Virus record (IMG/VR): IMGVR_UViG_2778261277_000014 | Reading direction: 5' to 3' (one strand) | Length of the DNA stretch: 22,183 nt | DNA from: a virus | Taxonomy: Duplodnaviria > Heunggongvirae > Uroviricota > Caudoviricetes | In this document: piece by piece, positions 7,211 to 15,020 of the stretch | Numbering within the stretch: the first letter of the stretch is position 1 | Layout: every line of letters starts with the position of its first letter | Notes under the pieces: model-generated | What the model saw: the letters and a program-made list of their open reading frames with translations, nothing else | The model's database searches: none | What the model was told of the DNA's origin: nothing | Translations under genes and position numbers: made by a program

Positions 7211-8156
7211 ACGCCCACTGGTTATAAACACACAGCTTGCGATGAAGATTGGCTTAAATGAAGCCATTGTGTTGCAGCAGTTGCATTACTGGTTGAGAGA
7301 TACCAATTCCGGCATGGAATGTGATGGTGTTCGCTGGATTTACAACACAACGGAACAATGGCTGGAACAGTTCCCATTCTGGTCAGAGTCAACGTTAAAG
7401 CGCGCGTTTGCAAGTCTGAAAACGCTGGGGCTTTTGCGTTGTGAAAAGCTCAATAAATCAAAGCGCGATATGACCAATTTCTACACGATCAACTATGGGA
7501 GCGAGCTTTTAGATGGTGGCAAATTGAGCGAATCCATCGGTTCAAAATGCGCCGCTCCATCAGGTCAAAATGACACGATGGAAGAGGTCAAAATGAAACG
7601 CTCCATTGGTTCAAAACGACCCAATGTCATCGGGTCAAAATGGCCTGATGATCTTACAGAGAATACAACAGAGATTACTACAGAGAATAAAAACACTTTT
7701 CGTCCGGAAGCTTCGCAACCGGACCCGCAGACGACTGAACAGGATTTTTTAACCCGGAACTCCGACGCGGTTGTGTTTAGTGCGAAAAAACGCCAGTGGG
7801 GTAGCAGGGAGGATTTGGCGTGTGCGCAGTGGATCTGGGGGCGGATCGTGGGTCTCTACGAACAGGCAGCCAGTGATGATGGCGAGATCATGCGACCAAA
7901 AGAGCCTAACTGGACTGCCTGGGCCAATGACGTGCGCACAATGCGGATGCTGGATGGCAGAAGCCACAGACAAATTTGCGAAATGTTTGGTCGGGTACAG
8001 CGAGATCCATTCTGGGTAAAAAACATCATGAGCCCGTCAAAACTTCGTGAAAAATGGGATGAACTGGTCATCCGTCTGGGGCGTTCGTCTGTACAGCGTT
8101 GTGTGAATCATATTTCTGAACCGGATACAGAAATTCCGCCTGGTTTCAGGGGATAA
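7191..8156 (+). CDS. Replication initiator / replisome organizer (lambda O-like) containing the origin iterons
   Basis: N-terminal winged-helix-like region (IGLNEAIVLQQLHYWL...); five DNA iterons plus an AT-rich tract lie inside the gene as in lambda O/ori; peptide repeats IGSK.. are encoded by the iterons. Start at 7191 (MSLLF) preferred over 7137. Confidence 0.75.
   Translation: MSLLFAERPLVINTQLAMKIGLNEAIVLQQLHYWLRDTNSGMECDGVRWIYNTTEQWLEQFPFWSESTLKRAFASLKTLGLLRCEKLNKSKRDMTNFYTINYGSELLDGGKLSESIGSKCAAPSGQNDTMEEVKMKRSIGSKRPNVIGSKWPDDLTENTTEITTENKNTFRPEASQPDPQTTEQDFLTRNSDAVVFSAKKRQWGSREDLACAQWIWGRIVGLYEQAASDDGEIMRPKEPNWTAWANDVRTMRMLDGRSHRQICEMFGRVQRDPFWVKNIMSPSKLREKWDELVIRLGRSSVQRCVNHISEPDTEIPPGFRG
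7539..7643. repeat. Five iterons GG(T)TCAAAA(T/C)G spaced 22-25 bp, followed by an A-rich tract (7650-7700): candidate replication origin
   Basis: Direct reading: copies start at 7539, 7563, 7586, 7608, 7632/7633; downstream ACAGAGAATA-type A-rich repeats. Confidence 0.7.
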
Positions 8157-8196
8157 GTGTTGATTTTAGGGCATAAAGTAATGTTCAGGAGGACTT

Positions 8197-8598
8197 GTGG
8201 CAAAAGTTTTTACACAAGAAGAGCGGGAAAAAATTAAAGGGCAGGTGGTGGAACTCGTACGCCAGAGTGGGCGCGAGACGTTACGACAACTGGAAGCTAA
8301 AACTGGGGCAACAAGATATCTGATGAGCGTTCTGGCCAGAGAGCTGGTTGCCAGTGGCGATGTATACAGCTCTGGTTACGGGTTATTCCCGTCTGAACAG
8401 GCGCGTAAGGACTGGCAAAACGCCCGCAAAAAACTCTCGAGGGCAAAGGTGAAGAAAACAGCTGTGATTGATCCGGACCTTATCTGGTCGTTACCTGATG
8501 GAGAAATACGTCGCTACGACAGTCGCCTAAACATAATCTGTCGCGAGTGCCGGATGAGTGAAGTTATGCAGCGCATACTGGCATTTTATCAGGGATAA
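8197..8598 (+). CDS. Hypothetical protein (133 aa), possible HTH DNA-binding protein
   Basis: GTG start 4 nt after a strong AGGAGG SD; no recognisable catalytic motif. Confidence 0.6.
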   Translation: MAKVFTQEEREKIKGQVVELVRQSGRETLRQLEAKTGATRYLMSVLARELVASGDVYSSGYGLFPSEQARKDWQNARKKLSRAKVKKTAVIDPDLIWSLPDGEIRRYDSRLNIICRECRMSEVMQRILAFYQG

Positions 8599-8787
8599 TG
8601 TTAGGTATTTTAGACGTTACTAGATTAAAAAGCATTAGTTCAGGAGTGAATTGACATTCTCATTTTTCATGGCACAGGGTAGATCTGGCGTGGTTGTCCG
8701 CTTTGTGCCAAAAGCGGACGCCTACGCCCTAACTAAGCTATTGTGTAATATACGGTACACAATAGCGAAAATTCTAAGCTTGGGAAT

Positions 8788-9720
8788 ATGGAAATCAACA
8801 AAGAAAAATTGTCAGGTTTACTTAACTACTTCGAGTCTCGCAAGAAATACGCTGCAACTCGAATATCTAGTTTATCCAGTCAGAATGAGATCTGTTTCGC
8901 TTTGTCAGGATTGACGTTTCGAAACGGGCCTTATGTTTTCCAAGACGTAGGTGAATTAAGGGAGGTACTTCATCCACCAGGAGAGATAGAGTTAGCCAAA
9001 GCGCTTAAGAGCAAGTCGCTACTCAGCGCTGTTGCTCGTCATATGCCCGCAGTTACGCATGAGCTTGCGTTGCAAAGCAGTGAGTCGAAATTTTCTCAAT
9101 CAGACCTGACTATCGGATGGTGGATCATATCCGCGATCCGATGCCGCACACTCACCGATATACTTGTTCCTGCAGTAGCAAGTGCATCTTGGGATGTATT
9201 CCCTGCTCTTCAAGCCAACTCGTGTGAAGTCCAACTTCTTGAGGACGTGCCGGCAGTTCGGAGAATAAGCCCAAGTGTAGAGATATCAGTAGAGTCTCTC
9301 GACTGGGTTCAAGAGAATCTCAAGCGTTGGATAGATCTGCTAGAGCAACCAGCATTCCGGCTCGCTATTGATTCTTTAACTACTCACAACCAACACGCGA
9401 ATTTGAGAATGGCTGCTGCTGCTTTATGGGCAGGATTTGAAGCGCTCTTTGGAATCAATTCAGAGCTTCGTTTTCGTCTTGCTCTTATGGCCGCAGCATA
9501 TCTTGAGGAGCGAGGGCCTGATCGTTTAGCCACCTATCGTAGGGTTAAGAAGCTGTATGACTACCGTTCGAAGGCAGTGCATGGGGGAGCTACGTCAGAT
9601 AACTTTTTAGTTGAGCATATAATTGAGGTACGAGTGCTTTTATCCCGATTAGTGTGTCGCATGACAGAGATCGGAAAAATGCCCACAACCGACGATTACG
9701 AGGAACGGCTTCTAACTTAA
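8788..9720 (+). CDS. Hypothetical 310-aa protein with a C-terminal HEPN-like R-x4-H-G motif (YDYRSKAVHGG); candidate abortive-infection RNase
   Basis: Long ORF with its own upstream AT-rich region and hairpins; R-x4-6-H is the HEPN signature; located in an accessory region next to a hok toxin. Function is inference. Confidence 0.7.
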   Translation: MEINKEKLSGLLNYFESRKKYAATRISSLSSQNEICFALSGLTFRNGPYVFQDVGELREVLHPPGEIELAKALKSKSLLSAVARHMPAVTHELALQSSESKFSQSDLTIGWWIISAIRCRTLTDILVPAVASASWDVFPALQANSCEVQLLEDVPAVRRISPSVEISVESLDWVQENLKRWIDLLEQPAFRLAIDSLTTHNQHANLRMAAAALWAGFEALFGINSELRFRLALMAAAYLEERGPDRLATYRRVKKLYDYRSKAVHGGATSDNFLVEHIIEVRVLLSRLVCRMTEIGKMPTTDDYEERLLT

Positions 9721-9780
9721 GGCTTTTTCTAAGGTAACTTGGAAAAACGCTTGTTTTATCTATACACAGTAAGCCTAACT

Positions 9781-9812
9781 TCAGTTAACCCGCAATAATG
9801 AGGGTTAACTGA
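9781..9812. repeat. Perfect 11-bp inverted repeat TCAGTTAACCC-N10-GGGTTAACTGA
   Basis: Read directly; no adjacent T-tract, so not a classic intrinsic terminator; possible protein-binding site or RNA hairpin. Confidence 0.5.
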
Positions 9813-10101
9813 TCAACCTCCAAGATTAGGTACAATGAAGTGGTCAACAAAAACTGGCCACCGCAAGAAAACACGTCTATGTCAGTATTTATTCCGAACT
9901 TCCGTTGTTCGCTCAAAGCGGACTAAAAGGTTAGCTTGTGTCGGACTTTGCGTATTAAAAGAAGTGCAGGTGGTGACTAGTGGTTGAGCCCCATTTCCAC
10001 AGAAAAAATCAGAGAAACTATACCCAATAGTTGTATTGAATCACTGACGAGACAGCCTCATATTCATCAGGACTGGTGTACGTCCAATACAGGAGGTTGT
10101 G

Positions 10102-10191
10102 GTGCTGGTTCTCAAATGTGCGCTGGCTATTACGGCTGTAATGGCGATTTATTGTCTTGCTATTGTTCTTATGGATCGCCTTTCTGACTGA
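10102..10191 (+). CDS. Unannotated small ORF: 29-aa hydrophobic peptide (M/V)LVLKCALAITAVMAIYCLAIVLMDRLSD, candidate small membrane/toxin-like peptide
   Basis: Strong AGGAGG SD at 10091-10096, GTG starts at 10099/10102, TGA stop at 10189-10191; single TM-like helix with charged C-terminal tail. Below the ORF-track length cutoff. Confidence 0.3.
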   Translation: MLVLKCALAITAVMAIYCLAIVLMDRLSD

Positions 10192-10402
10192 TTTCACATT
10201 GGCGAGGTAACGGTAGTTAAGTAGAATGGCTGCGGGTGCTTGAGGCTATCTGCCTCGGGCATGAACACCAACGGCAGATAGAGAAAAGCCCCAGTTAACA
10301 TTACGCGTCCTGCAAGACGCTTAACATTAATCTGAGGCCAATTTCATGCTAGACACATGTAGGTTAGCCTCTTACGTGCCGAAAGGCAAGGAGAAGCAGG
10401 CT

Positions 10403-10558
10403 ATGAAGCAGCAAAAGGCGATGTTAATCGCCCTGATCGTCATCTGTTTAACCGTCATAGTGACGGTACTGGTAACGAGGAAAGACCTCTGCGAGGTACG
10501 AATCCGAACCGGGCAGACGGAGGTCGCTGTCTTCACAGCTTACGAACCTGAGGAGTAA
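10403..10558 (+). CDS. hok: Hok/Gef-family type I toxin (HokD/RelF-like, 51 aa)
   Basis: MKQQKAMLIALIVICLTVIVTVLVTRKDLCEVRIRTGQTEVAVFTAYEPEE is a textbook Hok sequence; AAGGAG SD upstream; intrinsic terminator downstream. Confidence 0.9.
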   Translation: MKQQKAMLIALIVICLTVIVTVLVTRKDLCEVRIRTGQTEVAVFTAYEPEE

Positions 10559-10627
10559 GAGACCCGGCGAGGGAGAAATCCCTCGCCACCTCTGATGTGG
10601 CAGGCATCCTCAACGCACCCGCACTTA

Positions 10628-10658
10628 ACCCGCTTCGGCGGGTTTTTGTTTTTATTTT
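10628..10658 (+). terminator. Rho-independent terminator after hok (AACCCGC-TTCG-GCGGGTT + T tract)
   Basis: GC stem with TTCG tetraloop followed by TTTTTGTTTTTATTTT. Confidence 0.75.
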
Positions 10659-10774
10659 CAACGCGTTTGAAGTTCTGGACGGTGCCGGAATAGAATCAAA
10701 AATACTTAAGTAGCGCGCAGGGATAAGAGGGATGGTCCCTTAAAGGGGAGAGCTAATTATCCGGAAGGATTCTG

Positions 10775-11026
10775 ATGATGAACATCGAAGAACTGCGTAA
10801 AATTTTTTGTGAAGATGGCCTCTATGCTGTGTGCGTTGAAAATGGAAATCTTGTTAGTCATTACCGCATTATGTGTTTGCGAAAGAATGGGGCTGCGTTA
10901 ATTAATTTTGTGGATGGTCGAGTGACAGACGGATTTATCTTGCGCGAAGGTGAGTTTGTCACTTCATTACAGGCACTGAAAGAGATCGGAATAAAAGCAG
11001 GCTTTTCAGCTTTTGCAGAAGAATAA
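10775..11026 (+). CDS. Hypothetical protein (83 aa), Rem-like by size/position
   Basis: GGAAGGA SD before ATG; 83 aa, lying between hok and the DUF968 gene as rem does in Qin (recalled). Confidence 0.6.
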   Translation: MMNIEELRKIFCEDGLYAVCVENGNLVSHYRIMCLRKNGAALINFVDGRVTDGFILREGEFVTSLQALKEIGIKAGFSAFAEE

Positions 11027-11092
11027 ACTCATCTACAATCTTGCGCGGGGCTGAACTCCCGCTGAGTAACACCGTGCCACCGGAGAAAACCG

Positions 11093-11371
11093 ATGGCACG
11101 CAACGTAAAATATTACAATTCTGATAATTCGCCCGTTCTTGCCTGCACGCACGAGCGGTATTCTCACGCATTCAAGTCTGAATGGTTCCTGCACCCTCCA
11201 TGCACTGAAGAGCAGGCTGAATGGATAATTCAGTGTTACCGCAGGCGCGGATACGAGGTTAAGAAAGCCCTTAGTCTCGACTACCGTCACTGGATAATCT
11301 CAGTCAGATTGCCTTACTCCGAACGCCCACCGCGTCCGTCCCGTACATTCCAGCAACGCATCTGGAGGTAA
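11093..11371 (+). CDS. Hypothetical protein (92 aa)
   Basis: ORF with GGAGAA SD; fills the gap between flanking genes on the same strand. Confidence 0.5.
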   Translation: MARNVKYYNSDNSPVLACTHERYSHAFKSEWFLHPPCTEEQAEWIIQCYRRRGYEVKKALSLDYRHWIISVRLPYSERPPRPSRTFQQRIWR

Positions 11372-11372
11372 C

Positions 11373-12422
11373 GTGCGGGTATTACTTCGACCTGTTCTGG
11401 TACCGGAACTCGGGCTGGTGGTCGTTAAGCCGGGCCGTGAATCCATGCCGGTATTCCACAATACCCGGGTACTGGTGGAGCCGGAACCGAAAAGCATGCG
11501 TAATCTGCCGTCCGGGGTCGTTCCTGCCGTTCGCCAGCCGCTGGTGGAAGACAAAACATTGCTGCCGTTTTTCAGTAACGCACGGGTAATTCGTGCTGCT
11601 GGTGGTGCTGGTGCATTGTCTGACTGGCTGTTGCGCCATATTAAATCCTGCCAGTGGCCACACGGCGATTATCATCACAGCGAAACCGTTATTCACCGAT
11701 ATGGTACCGGCGCAATGGTGTTGTGCTGGCACTGCGACAACCAGCTGCGTGACCAGACATCCGAATCACTCGAGCAACTTGCTCATCAAAACCTGTCAGC
11801 ATGGATGATTGACGTCATCGGTCACGCAATAAGCGGTACGCAGGAGCGTGAATTATCTCTGGCTGAATTATCCTGGTGGGCGGTCCGCAATCAGCTGGCG
11901 GACGCGCTACCGGAAGCGGTATTACGTCGTTCGCTGGGGTTGCGTGCGGAAAAAATCCGCTCAATGTACCGTGAAAGCGACATCGTACCGGGAGAGCAGA
12001 CCGCCACCAGCATACTGAAACAGCGCACAAAAAATCTTGCGCCGCTGCCTCACGCCCACCAGCAACAGAACCCACCACAGGAAAAGACGGTGGTCAGCAT
12101 TGCCGTTGATCCTGAGTCTCCGGAATCTTTTATGAAACGACCTAAACGTCGCCGCTGGGTTAACGAGAAATACACACGCTGGGTGAAGACACAGCCGTGT
12201 GCGTGTTGTGGTAAGCCAGCCGACGATCCCCATCACCTGATTGGTCATGGTCAGGGCGGAATGGGGACAAAATCTCACGATATTTTCACGCTACCGCTGT
12301 GTCGGGAGCATCACAACGAGCTTCATGCGGATCCGCTGGCGTTCGAAGAAAAGCATGGTTCTCAGGTTGATTTAATTTTTCGTTTTCTTGATCACGCCTT
12401 TGCAACTGGCGTGCTTGGGTAA
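11373..12422 (+). CDS. DUF968-family protein (YdfU-like) with C-terminal HNH-like Cys/His motif
   Basis: 349-aa ORF; C-terminal CACCGKPADDPHHLIGHG...CREHHNELH; GTG start after GGAGGT SD; typical nin-region gene of Qin-like prophages. Confidence 0.82.
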   Translation: MRVLLRPVLVPELGLVVVKPGRESMPVFHNTRVLVEPEPKSMRNLPSGVVPAVRQPLVEDKTLLPFFSNARVIRAAGGAGALSDWLLRHIKSCQWPHGDYHHSETVIHRYGTGAMVLCWHCDNQLRDQTSESLEQLAHQNLSAWMIDVIGHAISGTQERELSLAELSWWAVRNQLADALPEAVLRRSLGLRAEKIRSMYRESDIVPGEQTATSILKQRTKNLAPLPHAHQQQNPPQEKTVVSIAVDPESPESFMKRPKRRRWVNEKYTRWVKTQPCACCGKPADDPHHLIGHGQGGMGTKSHDIFTLPLCREHHNELHADPLAFEEKHGSQVDLIFRFLDHAFATGVLG

Positions 12423-12434
12423 AAGAGGTGACTG

Positions 12435-12809
12435 ATGCTCATAGATTTGGTTTTACCTTACCCGCCGACGGTGAACACTTACTGGCGACGCCGTGGCAGC
12501 ACATATTTTATCTCGGAGGAGGGAAAGCGTTATCGCCGGGCTGTGGCGCTTATTGTTCGCCAGCAGCGGCTGAAATTAAGCCTGTCCGGAAGGCTGGCGA
12601 TAAAGGTGATTGCAGAGCCACCGGATAAGCGTCGTCGCGACCTGGACAATATCCTGAAAGCACCGCTGGATGCGCTGACGCATGCGGGAGTGTTAATGGA
12701 CGATGAGCAGTTTGATGAAATCAATATCGTTCGTGGTCAGCCAGTATCTGGTGGACGTATGGGGGTGAAGATTTACCCCATAATGCATGAAGAGCAGGTC
12801 AAAAAATGA
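12435..12809 (+). CDS. rusA: Holliday junction resolvase RusA
   Basis: 124-aa ORF with AAGAGGTG SD; N-terminus MLIDLVLPYPPTVNTYW and size typical of RusA; conserved Asp-rich region (RRRDLDN). Confidence 0.88.
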   Translation: MLIDLVLPYPPTVNTYWRRRGSTYFISEEGKRYRRAVALIVRQQRLKLSLSGRLAIKVIAEPPDKRRRDLDNILKAPLDALTHAGVLMDDEQFDEINIVRGQPVSGGRMGVKIYPIMHEEQVKK

Positions 12810-13627
12810 AACTGGAAGATTTACCGAAATACTACTCCCCAAAATCCCCTTGCCTGACCGATGCATCGGCCTCAACGTCAAAAGATGCGCTGAGTATCAC
12901 TGATGTGATGGCCGCGCAGGGCATGACACAGAATCGGGCTGAGATGGGGTTTTCTGCGTTCCTGGGGAAAATGGGCATCAGTATGAATGACAGGGCGCGG
13001 GCAACAGAATTACTGGCAGATTATGCACTCAGTCGGTGCGATCGTGTGGCGGCGTTGAGAAAACTTCCGGCAGAAATAAAACCGTTAGTGATGCGCATTA
13101 TGGCTTCGTACGCTTTTGAGGATTATGCCCGCAGCGCAGCGAGTAAAAAGCAGTGCCCTTGTTGCTATGGGGAAAAATTTATTGAAAGCGTAGTTTTTAC
13201 AAACAAGGTCCAGTATCCGGATGGTAAGCCGCCGGTATGGGCAAAGTGTACGAAAGGTGTGTATCCGTCTTACTGGGAAGAATGGAAAAAAGTCAGGGAG
13301 GTGGTAAAAGTTGCCTGTCCGGAGTGTGGCGGAAAGGGTGAGGTTTCCACCGCCTGTAAGGATTGCCGTGGGCGTGGTGTCGCCATTCACCGTGAAGAGT
13401 CGGTAAAACGTGGTATGCCTGTTATCAGAGACTGCCAGCGTTGTGGTGGTCGTGGCTATGAAAGACTACCATCAACGGAGGCATTTAATGCTATATGCGA
13501 GGTGACAAACCAGATAACACGCGCGTCATGGGAAAAAACAGTTAAGAAATTCTATGATGCGCTGGTGACCCGGTTTGATATTGAAGAAGCATGGGCTGAG
13601 CGGCAGTTAAAAAAGGTAACTAGGTAA
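12806..13627 (+). CDS. Late-gene antiterminator Q (phage 82/21-type)
   Basis: 273-aa ORF overlapping the rusA stop; paired CxxC zinc motifs (CPCC, CPECGGKG, CKDCRGRG, CQRCGGRG); followed by promoter/terminator then late genes. Confidence 0.82.
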   Translation: MKLEDLPKYYSPKSPCLTDASASTSKDALSITDVMAAQGMTQNRAEMGFSAFLGKMGISMNDRARATELLADYALSRCDRVAALRKLPAEIKPLVMRIMASYAFEDYARSAASKKQCPCCYGEKFIESVVFTNKVQYPDGKPPVWAKCTKGVYPSYWEEWKKVREVVKVACPECGGKGEVSTACKDCRGRGVAIHREESVKRGMPVIRDCQRCGGRGYERLPSTEAFNAICEVTNQITRASWEKTVKKFYDALVTRFDIEEAWAERQLKKVTR

Positions 13628-13632
13628 CAAGG

Positions 13633-13665
13633 TTGATTTTTCCGGAATCTGTGGTAAATTCGTCA
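13633..13665 (+). promoter_or_regulatory. Candidate late promoter PR' (-35 TTGATT, about 16-bp spacer, extended -10 TGgTAAATT)
   Basis: Read directly just downstream of Q; exact -10 uncertain. Confidence 0.4.
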
Positions 13666-13709
13666 TAATGATGGGCTTTTTATGCCTGACGTTAGAAGAG
13701 TTTCTACAA

Positions 13710-13732
13710 CCCGCCGCCGAGCGGGTTTTTTA
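13710..13732 (+). terminator. Intrinsic terminator (tR'-like) downstream of the late promoter: CCCGC-CGCCGA-GCGGG + TTTTTT
   Basis: GC stem plus T tract about 45 nt downstream of the candidate promoter, as expected for a Q-antiterminated late-operon start. Confidence 0.6.
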
Positions 13733-13770
13733 TTGCGGAATTAATTACGGACCGTTATTATTCTGCTCCC

Positions 13771-13846
13771 GGCCCTTTAGCTCAGTGGTGAGAGCGAGCG
13801 ACTCATAATCGCCAGGTCGCTGGTTCAAATCCAGCAAGGGCCACCA
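13771..13846 (+). tRNA. tRNA with CAU anticodon (ileX/ileZ-like, probably tRNA-Ile2; Met not excluded)
   Basis: Full cloverleaf by eye: acceptor GGCCCTT/AAGGGCC, D-arm GCTC..GAGC, anticodon loop CTCATAA, T-arm GCTGG-TTCAAAT-CCAGC, 3' ACCA; resembles E. coli ileX. Confidence 0.85.
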
Positions 13847-13946
13847 TCACAAACCGCCATTAGCTTATCAGGAAGAGCAGACGACACGATAACAGGGTTG
13901 TTGGTGCGGGGGCGGGTCCCCGATGGCGGTCCATTATCGGTATTCA

Positions 13947-14023
13947 GCGTTGTTAGCTCAGCCGGACAGAGCAATTGCCTTCTAAGCAATCGGTCACTGG
14001 TTCGAATCCAGTACAGCGCGCCA
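13947..14023 (+). tRNA. tRNA-Arg (UCU anticodon), argN/argO/argU-like
   Basis: Cloverleaf: acceptor GCGTTGT/ACAGCGC, anticodon loop CTTCTAA, T-arm ACTGG-TTCGAAT-CCAGT, 3' GCCA; resembles argU. Confidence 0.85.
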
Positions 14024-14160
14024 TATTCATTCTTCCAGATTCCTTCCGGCAGAGCCTTATACTGGAATATACCTGGCTCAGGATATTGTTGAAAACATAA
14101 TATGTTTGTCAAAAATAAAAGTTCTGTTAAGTATTGATTGAGTGTTTGTTATACGGTCTA

Positions 14161-14487
14161 ATGGTTTTTTCAGCATTAAATATTTATCATTCATATGGTG
14201 TGGGTAGAGTGAATATTGATGAGGCGTCGGGGTGTTTCATCCTTAGGCAGCGTATTGATATAGTCAATGCAGCACGAGCAAAGGCCTTCAGCCGTTTGAC
14301 AGTTTTGTTCTGTGCTCCTGATCGTCTTTCGGGAAGAGACGTTATTATTCTGAATAGTGATGCTATACAGAGGGTTTGCGATGAGTTCATGGTTGCTAAT
14401 TCAGAATTATTTGCTCTTGTTCAGGAGTACAACAGAATAGCCAGGACCTGTGGTATGGATGAACTTCGGATTACTCATCTGGGGTAG
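14161..14487 (+). CDS. Hypothetical protein (about 108 aa from the first ATG; track ORF starts at a TTG at 14134)
   Basis: ORF downstream of the tRNAs; no clear SD; start uncertain. Confidence 0.4.
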   Translation: MVFSALNIYHSYGVGRVNIDEASGCFILRQRIDIVNAARAKAFSRLTVLFCAPDRLSGRDVIILNSDAIQRVCDEFMVANSELFALVQEYNRIARTCGMDELRITHLG

Positions 14488-15020
14488 ATACATATCTGGA
14501 TTATCACCTGTTACGGTAAAAAGTGATTGCTTACTGTTTTTGTGAATGGCATTGCAGCAGCCGGATAATGTCAGTGCTGGCTGACGGTGTGCTGGTGGCG
14601 GGTGTGGTAGTTGTTGCTTTCCCGTTGCTGAAAAAGAAAACGCCAGACTGTTAGCCGGGTATCAGTTAGCGGGAGAAATTTTTAAATACTTCACAATTCA
14701 GGCGGTTGACTGTTCTCTGGTTTGCGGGGAGTTTGTTAAAAGAAACTGGCATGGTGAATCCCCCTGTGCGGAGGGGCAATCAGCGAGTAGGTATATGGGA
14801 TAATCGCGGATTCAGGTGCTGGTACTGAATTCACCGGGAGGCACCCGGCACCATGCACTTCAATAGATTCTCTCCACATTATGGATATTCTTTCAGAATA
14901 TCCCACGCAGACTTTGTGTAAATGTTAACAAATGTGCGTTTTATTTGATCTGATTCGCTGTTTGAGCGTCCAAAACAACGGTATATATAATCCTTTACTA
15001 TATGACATATGTGAGGAAAA

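Noticed and set aside
8651-8914. 87-aa track ORF overlapping the start of the 310-aa gene
   Set aside because: Spans intergenic hairpins and overlaps the better-supported 310-aa ORF out of frame; no SD.
9984-10187. 67-aa track ORF (Cys/Gly/Ser-rich)
   Set aside because: No SD and implausible composition; an alternative frame with a consensus SD encodes a hydrophobic peptide (reported as a low-confidence candidate instead).
10346-10402. In-frame N-terminal extension of hok (track ORF starts at 10346)
   Set aside because: The Hok family protein begins at MKQQK (10403) with its own AAGGAG SD; the extension is more likely leader sequence, though it is noted in the hok finding.
11382-12278. Minus-strand ORFs 11382-11732, 11815-12078 and 11961-12278
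   Set aside because: Antisense to the DUF968 gene, which has a conserved Cys/His motif.
13847-13946. Possible third tRNA between the two tRNA genes
   Set aside because: Looked for one by analogy with ileZ-argN-argO clusters, but the ~100-nt spacer has no acceptor/T-arm pairing I could fold.
13825-14112. Track ORFs 13825-14112 (minus) and 13898-14092 (plus)
   Set aside because: They overlap the two tRNA genes and have no start signals; tRNA cloverleaves explain the sequence.
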